Positions 37,890 through 51,507 of a DNA stretch of 51,620 nt are shown piece by piece. The stretch is from Perkinsus chesapeaki ATCC PRA-425 (lineage: Eukaryota > Protista > Perkinsozoa). Where the stretch lies: NCBI GenBank assembly GCA_013115145.1, contig JAAPAO010000218.1:1-51620 (forward strand), given 5' to 3'. The stretch's first letter is position 1. The number at the start of each line of letters is the position of its first letter. Below the pieces are notes generated by a model. That model did not search any database, was not told the DNA's origin, and saw only the letters and a program-made list of their open reading frames with translations. Position numbers and translations under genes: made by a program.

Positions 37890-38548
37890 AAGAGCCACGA
37901 GTTACAATGGCCCTATATGTCTCAACTCCCAGCAAAGTGCGCCTTCAGATTCTGCACATCTATAGACGATCCAGGAAGCATCATTAGGAGAACTACTCCG
38001 ATCTCAGCGAAGCATCCACCTCCACTCGTTCCATTACAGGACTATCGGCCCAGTAGATGAAATTCAACACTAAACTGTAGTCACTTCATGCAACTAATCG
38101 TACCGATGACACCCAATATACTTTGTGAAGGGCGTTTTCGGTCGGCAGCTAGAGCCACAACTGAGTAGTTATATACACTGTCATTAATGTCGTCCGTGAA
38201 TCCCAAATGACGGTTACATGGCAGCACGCCGCTGATACGGAAGAATCGGCGGCTTGGTGTCGACTGCTAGCTCGCAGATAACTAGTGTACAACTCCACGC
38301 CCGTGGAGCATTAACCTGCAACATTTCTGAATGGTCCGATGGTGCCATGCCCTCGGCTAGGATCCCTTTGCGGGCACTCCATGGTTTGGTAACACTTTCC
38401 CCCCTATTTGAATCAACAACAAGTTTCCTTTTTTCGTCCATGTCTTCTGGGCGACACATACACGATTATGCTTCCGTTAAGCGATCCCTTGCCGCTTCTA
38501 CTCAAACTCCAAGGATCGCCTCAGCAGCGACAGATACACCAAAGTCAT
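37890..38548 (-). CDS. Probable additional coding exons (either the 5' end of the giant membrane-protein gene or a separate small gene)
   Basis: Exon-like blocks between AG/GT sites (GGKCYQTMECPQRD..., GVLPCNRHLGFTDDIND, SCNGTSGGGCFAEIGVVLLMML) and an ATG at 38548 after a pyrimidine-rich AG. Phases could not be fully resolved. Confidence 0.35.
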
Positions 38549-38905
38549 GCCAGTAAAGTGGAAGGCCAGCTCGAAATATTGCACGAAAATTGCAAGAAAT
38601 TCCAAAATGGGCCCTGCGCAGATCCGCGCTGAGCAAAATCGATCAGGTGATCGATAGGTCCTCGCCAAAAGCAGGAACAGAGACCAACGTCAGGGTGGAC
38701 TTGGTAATAAGGGGGTTATGGCTTAATCTGAGGGACGTTGCTCTCTTGCTCGTCGTCTAACTGTAGTGGCCTTCCTTGACTTCGTTATCCGTCGTTCTTG
38801 TACGTTAAATTCAAAGGATCACATCGCTCGATCATGTGTAAAATTTGCGTTTTATTGGGTGGTTGTAAATTGATTATTATAATCGTTTTATTGTGTTTAG
38901 GAACC

Positions 38906-39425
<520 letters not shown>

Positions 39426-39858
39426 GACCTACATTATCGTTGCCGACGTAGTCTAGGTGTAATCGTAGTCGCTAGTCGATTGTGATGACCACCCGGATAG
39501 CGCTGGTTCCTTGTGCCCGCTGGTTCTGAGGAAGTACTTTGCTGTTGTGTTATATTCTTTAAAATTCATAAATGGGAGACTGGGAATAGGCTATGCAACT
39601 AGTGTGGGAGAGAATGGTTGGTTCTATTTTTCGTTTTTAGAACATCACGGCTTAGTAACATTGTATGTATTTTACCTTTGGGATTTGCCATGAACGTTTG
39701 ACGCTTTTATTAATATACAAGCAATAGGTTTGGCATGCACAACACTTCCTCGTGATAATCACGACACTTGTCTGAACTTACCAGCCAACACGACATAATA
39801 CTTCAGGAGTAACAAAAAGCAGCAGTGAGGTGTTTTTAAGGTGTCTTAAGGAGATAAC

Positions 39859-42035
39859 TCAATCACACATATAAAAGCGTAGAGCACTGATGTGCTCCTG
39901 GCAAGTGGCATCAAGCTTCTTAACAGCCTCATCATCGATATCCAAGAAGTCGATCGACAAATCACGGAGGAACTCCCTCAGATGGGGCAGCCGCTGCAGG
40001 CCGATTCTTGCCGCTTCTAGCCGAGCAGTTGTAACCTTCGCATCGGAATCGCCAAGTAGCTCGCCGTAGAGGCTGAGGGCCTAAGAGAGAGTCACCGGGA
40101 AAATGCCAAATTGCTTACCAAGTCGGACATGGCGTCGGAGCCCTCCATCAGCGTCTCTGGCTTGATTGAACCCAGCGTGTTGAACGCCAACTCGAAGGCA
40201 AGCTTCCTTGGTGATACGGGCACGCCGTCGCCGTTAACCGCCCAGGAAACTGAAAGATCCGAGAATCTTTATAGTGAGTAAAAACAAGAAGCTTGCACCT
40301 GCGTGTTGAACAACTGCTATCATCTCATTATCTAAAGCGTTGGTTGAGTTGCTGATGTTCATCACAGCCGTGAGGAGCATAGCGCCTGAGAAATGAAGCT
40401 GCTGGGCGGCGGTAACACTTGCACCCTTACGAACAGCGTTGTCCATATCCTCGAACGCTGCGGCACTTTTCCCAAGCCAGCTGCTCAAGTCGGTGCAGTC
40501 CTCGGCTCCGGGTATCTATCGTTAACTGTAAAGCTTAAGATTGCCTTTATAATGTACCGTAAGCCAGTTCCTAAGGAGGGCACCCACTGCTAGGACATAG
40601 CCGGCGAACGTTCGAGGCTCATACTGTGCCTGAGAGCAACGCTGCAGATGGGGAAGGAGAAGGCCTACTACTGTTGTGTCGAGAATGACGTTAATGGTGG
40701 CCTTCGACTCATCAGTGACAGCAGAGCGAGCAACTGCCTGGTTGATTGAGTCCACGTTGGCGATGCCAAGTTTCGTTAGTTTTGCCACGGCGAGGTTCAG
40801 CATGCGAGTGTCCTTCGGCAATCGATGCGGCGAGAGTTCTAGGGGCGTAGGAGCTGGACGAAAGCATAACCAACACGCGTCGAACAGCGGCGCGTCTACC
40901 CTTGGGCTTCGGCTTCTGAGCCGCAGAATCGACCGGTTTGGCAGCGCTGCTGCTACTGGCGCCTGCGATGGCCGCGGAGGGGGCGACAGTGGGAGCGGCC
41001 TGGGAACCTGAGAGCGAGAGGGCTACGAGAAAGGGTAACAGGATCGAGATCTCACTTGGCAAATTCGAAACATGATCTTGAAATGGGTTGAGGCCACCGC
41101 TGGCAGAGGAGTTCATCTTGACAAAAATACTTGAACAAAAAAAGAAAGGCGTAGTACTGATTGTCTCATCTGTGCCTCCATATTTTCTATCATCGGTCGA
41201 AGCATTACACCCATTGAAGAGGATAGAGCTTCATTGGGAAGATCGACAATATCTATAAAATGACAATGGCATTGCGGAGGGCACTCACAGCAGTACAAGA
41301 AGGAAGCCCCTGGCCGTCGAGCAGGAACCTGAGTCAACAGCTTGGCACGGGACCACCGGAGGAGACCGCTTTACTTGACAACAACGTCGGCGAAATTATT
41401 GCAGTTGTTGGTGAGCAGGCTGTAGGTGTCCGTAGTGTATCTGAATGGTTGATGGGAGGGGTGCGGATGGCGGACGCCTACTGGTTCCATATCGACCGCA
41501 AATAGGTATTGAGCTCATCTCGGGTCTTATGGGTGTAACCTGAGATTGAGGTGGAAGTCGGAAAAGTAAGGGGGAACATAGGTATGCTAGTTCAGTGGTG
41601 ATACAGCAGTTTTACAAGGTCGAAATACTGTATCAAGTTCTAGAGGGAATGGTAAGTAAGGAGTCACGTGGATTGATCGAGCACTTCAAAAATATATAGA
41701 TCTATTAGATTAATAAAGATACTTACCGAGGTCGATTGTCTGATAAGGCATCGGTACAGCTGGTGGTGGGGAGACACAGATACCTATAAAATGATTCAGT
41801 AGTGCTACACGGCAACACCGGCAGCCCGACCTCCTCCATAGTAGTACTCCAGACCGAAAACAACAATACCGGTGTGCCAAATACCCTACATACAAGTCGC
41901 TAAGAAAGCAAAAGGTTGATGGCTGCTTACATCGATTTGTTTGCCTAGTATCATCGGGCTCATTTGACGAGCCATGCCTTGGGATAGATCATAGAGGTGT
42001 GCCTGTACTTTGGTACCGTTAGTTGACGATGTCAT
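39859..42035 (-). CDS. PPPDE (DeSI-type) cysteine peptidase with probable C-terminal PUL/armadillo-like domain
   Basis: MTSSTNGTKVQAHLYDLSQGMARQMSPMILGKQID|GIWHTGIVVFGLEYYYGGG and NCNNFADVV (His and Cys catalytic motifs), LPNEALSSSMGVMLRPMIENME, then a helical C-terminal region. The PUL call is from recalled architecture only. Confidence 0.85.
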
Positions 42036-43143
42036 CTTTAAAACTTAAAAGTGAACTGCACAGGTCTACTATTGGTCATGAAATATCCTCCTTTGTCTCA
42101 TCGACGATCAGGTAGCTTCTCTGTTCATTTCTAACTCAACGTGAGCTGTCGGTCAACGACGCTGCATCCGAGGATAGTTCGAAAGCACAGGCTTGTCTCC
42201 AAAATGGGGCACGAGCCCGCCACTTCGACTAGCCAGCTTCAATTCAGGGGTTTAGCAGCAAACTTTGTGGAACACAACAGCATAAGTACCCCGGAGGCTC
42301 CAGCACATTAATAAAATGGTACATATTAACAGATTAGTATAGTGTCATCGATGTTAACAGTATGATGAACGTCATACCAACTTTTGTATAAATCTTGCAG
42401 AGCATCCCTCTCCATCAACAAATGGCATTAGCCGGCCACACTGTGCAAAAAGGTAAATTACGGAAACGAACGTCGGAGAGGCAACTTCTTTACAGCGATA
42501 CAAATCTAGCTGCGTCACGCGCCACTAAATGGCTACCACCTGTACTTAGCCACCAACCGTATGGCTACGTAATGCGCTGTCATTATATTTCCCCGATATA
42601 CCGAGGCCCAGTCTTCCCGTTTATTCTCCATAGCATATCTTAAAGTACTACGCTTTATCTGCATACCGTGATTATATATAGCTGTGGTTAAACATACTCC
42701 TGCTGTTAGTACGCTACCTGAAATACAATTATTGTTGATAAAGGAAGGAGGAAGTACAGTGTAATATATACTGTAACATGCTCTAATACCATAACTTCCA
42801 CCGAATTCATACTACAAGTGTTTATGAGGTTGATGGTTAAGCATTTCTCAACTAGATCTGAATATCTGTGACTCGTATTTTTACCATCAGCCACCGAAAA
42901 GGTTGATAGAAACTCACATCAAGGCCTTTATTGGAATAAATGCCGATAGTCCTCAAATACATCGGCGAGGAAGAGGATCAACTTCGGGGGAAAACTTGGA
43001 ACATTTTTGGTAGATTTTAGCCCTACGCTATTGAGTTTCATCCGTTCGGGCATGAAGCGTGATGCCTACCTGAGTAAGGCCGAGCGAGACTTCACCAATG
43101 ATTACAAGATAGATGATAGACCAGTTTATTAACAGACGCAGAC

Positions 43144-44907
43144 TCAAAGCATCTTAAGGACCATCCTTAGAATTTCAAGCTCGGCCAGGTGAACGAATCC
43201 TAATTGGTTTGATACGATGGTTATGAAGAAGCACGATAGCATTGGTAGCATTGTAAGGTTAAAGCCGACACGCCGCCCCCCGACCCGTAATAGTACCAGC
43301 TGTACGATAACGTCCTTTCTTGCATGCAAATATAGACAAACCCAATGTACTTATACCTGAGTAAAAGCAGCAATATAGCATAGATCACTAATGGCATAAT
43401 ACCGACCTGCCACAATAGAAGTAGATGGTGCAGCAACCATCCACATGGCGTGGCTGATGGGTGGGGGCATGTCCGGTCTTATTACTGGATGAGCTTTCTT
43501 ATACCTATAAAACAACAATCAAGATACAAAAGGGTACTCTACTCAATAACAGATACTACTGTATAATAGCAGCTGCAGTTCGCCGGTCAATTCTAACACT
43601 GGGAAGGCCAGTAAAGGCTGTAGGGAGCTCCCGACTCGATCCAGCCTTCGGGACCATCTGCTGTTGCCCGCCTCTGGCCGCCCCAGTACTACCCTCGCCA
43701 TTACGCTGATGACTAGTAGATGATGACAGCCAATGAGGGACGGGTATCTGGTTTTAGAGTACTTCACAACGCGCGAATGAGAATGCCAACGACAACAACG
43801 AGTTTCTTTTCATTACCCGATCTCTGAGGTTCTCCACTGGATTGGGCAGAAGGTGACGTTGAACGACCAATGGCAAGTGGTGAGCCAGGCCGGGCTGGAG
43901 CATTTGTTCCACAAACCCCTATATGGAAGATATGGAAGGTTATAACGCTCGCCGAGATTGATCTTACGTCATCCATCTGCTCTAGAATTTGCCGGGTTGT
44001 CTTCTCAGAAAGACCTTTGAAGCCCGCCAACAGGAACAAGCGCGACCACAACCTAAAATGAGTTATAAATGAAGCCATGACGGCCGGCAGGGGGTCACCT
44101 GGATAGCCTGGCGATGGTATTCTGATCAAAGAATATATCAAACACGCTTGTATGCAGTAGTAAGCCTTGGATACGCGGTGGCAAATACTCTAGTAGACCA
44201 TGTTGTCGAACCTATGTAGAAGGTTCGGCAAGGGACGATAGGGATACTGTGGTAGTAGTACCTTACAGTAGAAGCCAAGGACCACCAAGATGGTTCCGAC
44301 TAGGATGGCTATCAGATGAGGGCATTGGTTCAGCACCTGTGAGAGGAGGACTAGGCACTCAGGGAGAAAATAAGATATTTCCGAGGTCGATAAGCGTACC
44401 GTAATATACCAGCCGGCAAGAGGAAAATTTTAATAAGGAGCGATCTGAGAACCGTGTTGATGAGGCCACTGGTAAGCAGTTAACGCAATAGAATCCTTAT
44501 CCTCCTGATAGCCATATTGGGTGTTGGGCCACACACACGACCTTTACCTGTATAGTGAGGCCGGCCAAGCCAACGGTGAGAATGCAGAATCCTATCCAAA
44601 CGACTAAGGTCCAATCGTCAACGTTAATAACTGGTAGAGGCTGTTGCTGCCGAGTGGACAATGCCATGTTGGTTGCGCTAGAGGGGCCCCTACTGCTGTT
44701 GGGGGCAATGAAACGCTGGTTTGTTATGCGTAAACCTAACGAGAGCATCTTGGTGAAGTTGTGGTGTGGTGAAGTACTTGGCGTATCTGACTCGCTTCGA
44801 GTTAAGATATCCTTTATACGAAGAGGTATCCGAGCCAGAGGTCTGATTATATACCTCCGTAATGATATGCCCTGGTCCACTTCATCGGGGTCAAGGGTTA
44901 CTGCCAT
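43144..44907 (-). CDS. Multi-pass membrane protein of unknown function
   Basis: ATG 44907. Hydrophobic segments WTLVVWIGFCILTVGLAGLTI, LIAILVGTILVVLGFYC, IMPLVIYAILLLLL and MLPMLSCFFITIVS; central GLLEYLPPRIQGLLHTSVFDIFFD; in-phase splicing to stop 43144 (one junction near 44440-44520 unresolved). Confidence 0.65.
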
Positions 44908-45223
44908 CTCTCGTAACAATAACAACTACATTAACTCCTAAGATTCTTCAGAGGTTGATAGACTGACACCCAATCTTTTTTCGTTTCGATTCCCCGCGTG
45001 ATGGTCACTTCTTAATCAGTTACGTTTGCTATATATATCTCTACGCTGCCAATCTATTCGTAAGGTATTAAATAACCATTCTAGCATACATACTACAAAT
45101 AATGATGACGTCTCCTCTGGACGGTCTCGAGTTCTATCCCTGCATATCGCATTTTTCCGTCATTTTTTGTATTACGGTATGGGCATGCGTGCGAATCTTT
45201 ATATTTTAACTTTCGAATTTATC

Positions 45224-47250
45224 ATGGAGCTCGACTACTTTGTTGTTAAAGTTGGGTGCGAGGGTAATCTGTGGCGTGTTAAGATCCATGCTAGAGATCT
45301 AACGTATGCAAAGATCAAAGATTCTGTTGAAAGAACGGTACCTCCGAGGAAGGGCCAAACTATCAGGTACATGGGAGAGCTAGAGGTGTCAGAATAATTA
45401 GATATAAACAGGTATAAAGACGATGAAGGGGACATGTGTGTGCTGACCCCTGAGACCTTTGATGATGCCTTGGATATCTCACGTAGAAACAAGGGATTAA
45501 TGCGGCTCGATGTGGTAAGTAGTTCCGGTCTATGACGTCACACGCCCACTGAGTCGTCACTTGGAATCCTCGTCTCCAGGCTCCAGGCTCCCCGGGAAGT
45601 CGACTAGCTTGTGAGTAGTGCATCTCAGGTGCATTTGGCACATGAGACGCCCTTCAATTCGCCTTTTGAAGCTCCTGCTAACCTACATGATGGCCCATGT
45701 GGTTTATCTGCACTCCAAGCAACGTCTAATTGTCCCTCCCCCACGAGCTCATACTATTTACCTTTTGCCAACATCCACTCGCCTTCATTTGACCACAAGC
45801 ACGACCGCGAGGACCAAAAGCTGAGCGAGACTGCCCCTACTACCGTTCCGGATGACTTTCACAAACCTAAAAGTGCCGAGAGTTATCCAGCGCATTTTCA
45901 TTCGACTGGAAGTTCCCAAGGTTTCACTGCCGAATGTGTCAAGAATGCTACCGGTGATAACAGCGCCACTACCAACAAGAACTCTAACGCCAAGGCCTCG
46001 GGGACCCCCCCGGAACTGGTTGTAGCCAGCGACAAGATATACGCCCCTAAGCCGGTCTTACGGATGTTCCTATGTCTTAACGAGATGAATATGTTAACTC
46101 CAAGGATGGTTACATCAGTAAGTGGATGTCGGGTGCCGGGATCGAACCCGGGTACTATTTTGGTAGGTCATAGTGTCGTTCATACCGTTGATGATACAAC
46201 GATGCAGTCGGCACACGGACCGATTATCTTACAATGTTTATAACAATTATAAATGTTTCAGGCCTACCTTACAGGTAGTATTGAAAAGGCTTGGGTGTTA
46301 CGATTGATGGCATTTCAGAGCATGCTGCTGGCTATAACTCATATCCCAGTCCTGCATGAATTCATACCACTCCTTCAAGCGATCGTCAACTCGGGACCCT
46401 ATACGCCGGAAATAGCGGAATTTGGTCAATGGTTCGTGGGCCTTCTTAAGTCATTTTCAACCCTGTGCTTTGACACCCAAGTGCAGGTAGACTAGGCTTT
46501 AGTAGGCTCAGGAATCTCAAGTTGCTGCTGCTCGTATAGGTGCTCCTAATGGTGGTTCCGTCGTGGATTCCTTGTATACAGGCAGCAGTTAACTGCGGCC
46601 ATTTCGATGTCCCTCCAACACCCAAGCAGCAAGTTACGCATAAAGGTGTGTTTTCATACCGCTCTTTCCGCAAATTAACGAACATTTCAGGGGTAGCCTG
46701 TGACGGTTGTGGGGTGAGCCCGATTGTCGGCCCTCGGTTCAAGTGTCAAGTCTGTGACTGTGATCTTTGTGGGGAATGCTACCCGAACAAGAGCAACCTT
46801 CATGCCGAGCTCCACGACTTTGTTTGTGTCTTGCGGCCTGGTCGGGAAGTCTCTGGGGCAACAAAGGTAACAGCGAGGCTCGCCGAAGCCACACTGGGCT
46901 TGGCCTAGACATGAGATCAACACTATATCGGTGGTTTTTACCCCTCTAGAGTAGGTAGATTCATATGCGCTGAATTTGATGGCCAAATCGAATGTCTGCT
47001 TCATTTGTGTCTAATCATTATCACGCCCCTTCAGAGAGACTGCGAAGATATATCCGCGCCCATCCTTTCTGCATATATATCATCTTTGGGATCACGAAGC
47101 CAATGGTACCAGGGCAGACAGCAGCAGCAGCCAGGAGGGCCGGCGCCAACATCTGGCAAAGGGAATATGAATTCTTCCCTAGCGGTCGTTAGCGACATAC
47201 AGCCTGTAGCAATGAGCTCTATTTCTTTCGCTGAATTTGCCCATTTTTAG
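45224..47250 (+). CDS. PB1 - helical module - ZZ zinc finger protein (p62/NBR1-like architecture), copy 1
   Basis: PB1 with acidic OPCA motif YKDDEGDMC (~45413). ZZ VACDGCGVSPIVGPRFKCQVCDCDLCGEC...H (46690-46830). Last exon assignment (47034-47250) is tentative. Confidence 0.8.
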
Positions 47251-47782
47251 AGACCAACGAATTCCTGTGCACCCTCAACGTTCATTCTACCGACACCTCC
47301 GTCAAGCGATTTTTGCGGCGGCGGCGGTGGTGGTGCAGTCTGAGGTTGTTTGGTTATATAATATATACAGGTCCTCATTGCCGCATATTATTTATAATAT
47401 AACTTATATAATAAATGATACGCGACAATGATGACCTGTAATTCTCGTCGGCTTTCGCCGCTCCTGTTTGTTGATAATAACATCTTACGAGCACATAGTA
47501 GTAGAAGAAGAACTAGTTGCCGCTGCTGGTTTCGTAGAGATCGGCATGACACAGTTAATCGTCATCATTTTTTATTTTGAGTCTGTCTAGTAGACGTTGA
47601 GATGCAGTACGATATCTCACTGGTTGGTTCAGCAACAGTCTTCTACTCTTTTGCGTCTCCATGCAGTGTAGTATTGAGTTGAATAGTTCGGGTTTAATTG
47701 CTGTAGAGGTTAAGGCTCTCTTCTTTGAAGCGATCCACCCAGGTTCTATCCCTGCTGCTACAGTTGTATTATTAGACTAACA

Positions 47783-50700
47783 ATGAGTAAACCAGATGGG
47801 CAGCAGGAGCCTACTCCCACTCCTCCCAACTTAGTGATCAAAGTAGTGTCAACCCAGGGTGTCTGGCGGACTCGTGTTCCTGCCACTGCGGCGTCATTCG
47901 GAAGGGTTGAGCAGTTCGCCAAAGACTGCGCGGCCTCTGCTAGTCCAGTCGGCCAACCAGCACCTGAGCCCCGTATACGATACCTGGATGATGAAGGCGA
48001 TTGGTGTGAGTTAACCGAGGATACGTGGCTGGATGCTGTACAGTTGGCGCAGGACACTAAGGGCGTGTTGAGGGTGGAGGTAGTGACAAGGAAGGGGGGA
48101 AGAAATACATACTCCATTACGCATCTCATCTGTTTAATTTTGTTGGGTACATTCTCCAGGCGCACTAATCGGTTGTATGGTACCCGTTGGTGTCTCATTG
48201 ACAATAGCAAGGGTGCAGCAGTGTATAGAAATAGAACAAGGGTATGATATAAATGACTTGAACAACCGGTGACTCCATGGCGAGGCCCACAAGAGGCTCG
48301 GCTTTCCGAAAGCGTGTTAATTATTGTGCTTGGATAGGCTCATTTTTTACGGAATTTAGCCGTTATGTTTGTGACTGTTCCTCATGAAGAGCTGCTGCCA
48401 TCTTGTGAAAAGTATGTTCCTAGATCGACCGGGAATGACGAATGCATCACTGAGAATATCGATTGTTCCTCTTCTACGACTCCCCATCCGTAAAGCGTCT
48501 CTCCCTTCAGTTGTCCGCCAAGCCCGGCACCTTCCTCGCCAGAACCTCATCAGCTGCCACTACCGCAGTGCATTCCGTATCGACACCGCCGGTCACCACC
48601 TCACCAACATGGGCTTCACCTGGAGCCCTACCAGTAGTCTTACCACTCAAGGACACCGCCCCCCAAGGCAGCATCAGCAGCCACTCCGCGACCGCCACGG
48701 TTGAGCCGACAGCCACGGGTACGGAAACGCGAAGGAGTCTGGCTACCAGTATAGCAACGGTGAGTGTTGTGTGGTGGTCCATGGGATAAAGAAATCTTAG
48801 GTTGATTCGCAGCCTGTTCATGTGGGACCGGAAGCCCCTTCTAGAGTCGGATCGGCGGACCCTTTCCCAGTATGGGCTCCGCCAGGGCTCCAGCCGCAAC
48901 CGAGGCAACAATACAATACGCCGGAGGAGCGAGAGAGCAACAAGAACACTACTCCTACACTTGGTCGAGGAAACGAAGCTGCCCAGTCGGGCATGACCTA
49001 CCCTACCGCTCCTTCCTCAACTCGAGCTGATCTAGGCCCTCCACCGGGGTTTCAGCAACAAAGGAAATCTTATGCGCCCAAGCCAATACTCAAGATGTAT
49101 CTGGCTCTTACGGAATGTGGCAGGCTTACGCCTAGGATAATGGCATCGGTAAGTAGTCCATTACTGAGTTGTTATTAAGTTGGTATGAAATCGCCCCACA
49201 TAGATCCTCAGTGACCAGCTTGCTCGTCGACCGTATTGCTCAGGTGATGGCTAACTTCATCCCTCTGGTCGTTCAACGTATCAGTCGACACACCGATTGT
49301 CTGACCTTTGGTATGTATCATAAGTATTATCGTATCCTTCCCACTATGAGGGTAACCCCACCGCCGCCGCCATCACCGCCGTTCGATCGGTACGCTCCTC
49401 CTCCTTCTCAGGCCGTTCTCGCAGCCATACAGACCATCCCATCCCTACAGCGGTTTACGCCACAACTGATGGCCATTGTGCAGCTCGGTCCTGATGTCCC
49501 AGAGATGTGTGGCATGGGACAGTGGGCGGTTAATTTCTTGAAGGCCCTATCACAGGAGCCCTTTGATGTCGAGGTGAAGGTAAGATACTTTATCATTCTG
49601 GAGGGCCCCGTCGTCTCGCTCAAAGACGAAACCAATGTCAATGTCACGCCTCTACGGCATGTGGAACACCCCCCTGTTTATTTCGAAGGACGTTCAACCG
49701 TCTGAAACCAATCTCTTATGGATCGGATATCCTGATATTCCACCGACTTCCTATTCGGGGTGCTACAGTGGACGTCCTAATCTATTAGGTTCTTCTGGCG
49801 ATGGCTGAGCCTTGGAGTGTTGTGGTCCGAGAAGATATACTAAAATATAGGAGTATGTTGGAGGTTGGTGAAGTTCATATTACGCATACAGGTTAGTCCA
49901 TGGCTGCAGCTGCTGTCGCTGGAATAGATGACCTCCTCTTCAGGGGTGAAGTGCAATATGTGTGGAGAGATGCCTATCATTGGGCCGAAGTTCAAGTGCC
50001 GTTCGTGCAACTTCAATCTCTGCGGAGAGTGCTTCCCCGACAAGAACTCTATCCATCCGGAGCACGACTTCGTCTGTGTGCTTTGGCCGACTCGTGACCA
50101 GCAGGACCAGCAGGAAGCGGCCCCGCAGCAGCAGCAGCAGTCTGCTGTAATGCGCCTCTTAGGCACTCGGAGACTATCTGCGGTTTCTGTTAGGGACAGA
50201 CTCCGGTCGCCGAGGCAACACCCAACGCCCCCTATTCGGAGTTCTGCCCCTCAAGGGGTCCTTCGAGCGACTCTTCTTCGGTGCCTTCATTCGGTGGCTG
50301 GCTCGAAATGCTCCGTAACAGCTTGACATGGCCGGACGAGTTCAGAGCTCATCACCAAGGGCGCCCATGGTCACATAGTAGCTGGCTCTTTGCTAAAGGC
50401 AAAGGGAAGGGTAAAGGCAAGGGCCTCTTTGCCAGCACTTACAACCCTTATGGATCATGGGGCGATTCTATGGGCGCCGGCGAAGGCGGCGGCGGCCAAT
50501 ACGACTATAATGGACCCACTGAGGAACATTGTCCCTATTTGCGGCATCTTGACGAGGCTCCAGGTGGGCCCGCGGCTCCGGTTCAGGCTCGAGAGGAGCC
50601 TAGGCCTCGAGCCCATAAGACATACACCCCAAAGCCACTAGTTAAGATGTTCCTCAATCTCAACGTGCTCGGTATGCTAACTCCTAGAACGTTGGCGTCG

Positions 50701-51507
50701 GTAAGTTGCTTGGTGATAGCTCTTGCTGGGAACAGCGTCCCATCTTAGGTGGCAGTTTCCTTTTTGCCGTTGACCATCCAGAGGCTTAGTCGACATACCG
50801 ATCGTATCTCCAAGGCCGCCAGGGCCAAGTACGAGTGGATCAAACCAACACTGGAAGTAAGGCGATGTCAACAACAAGCTTCAAGGCCAAACGCTGGATT
50901 TAGACCCTCCTGTCGTCGATCGAGAAGCTGCCCGAAATGGAGGAGTTTGTTCCGGCGTTGAGGTCTTACGTCCGAGAGGGCCCCGATTCGCCGAAGATGA
51001 AGTCGTTTGGCACCTGGTTTGTGAACTCTATGAAGGCTTTCGTCGCAGTGCCTTTTGAGAAGCAAATGCCGGTATGATTCTTCTTCACTGCATAGATCGT
51101 CAGTATCGCTGCCTGTCAGGCTCTGCTCAAGGTGGCGCCAAAGTGGATACGCGTTATTACTTCCCTTATGGGCTCGCAGTTCGACAAGCACGACATTCCC
51201 GTTATGTCGAGGGCGGAGCTTTCACATAGTAGCTCGACGTATCTTTGCGCACTGTGAAGATTTTTGTGTGTGTTCAGATGTTGGCTGCGATGGTTGTGGT
51301 GTGTACCCGATCGTTGGGCCTCGGTTCAAGTGCCAAGACTGCGGTTATGATTTTGATCTTTGCGGCGAGTGTTACCCCGACAAAGAGAGTATTCATTTTA
51401 AGAACCACTCCTTCATATGCGTGCTCTGGCCCGATACAGACCTACAAACAACGAAGGTCAGACTAGTGCAGCAGACGATTGTGAAAGCGAAAGATGAGGC
51501 AATTTAG
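47783..51507 (+). CDS. PB1 - [helical module - ZZ] x2 protein, tandem paralog; may continue past the window end
   Basis: PB1 with YLDDEGDWC (~47980). ZZ VKCNMCGEMPIIGPKFKCRSCNFNLCGECF (~49945) and VGCDGCGVYPIVGPRFKCQDCGYDFDLCGECY (~51280), each preceded by the YxPKP...LTPR module. Confidence 0.8.

Noticed and set aside
38604-38612. ccattttgg 9-mers (minus strand; also near 42205 and 846) resembling relict dinoflagellate spliced leader
   Set aside because: Only 9 nt match and there is no adjoining ctcaag. A few hits are compatible with chance, and no full SL or SL-RNA gene was found.
46130-46156. B-box/T-arm-like gggttcgatccc on the minus strand in a short intron
   Set aside because: The stem-loop register is non-canonical and there is no D arm, anticodon arm or acceptor stem, so it is not a tRNA.
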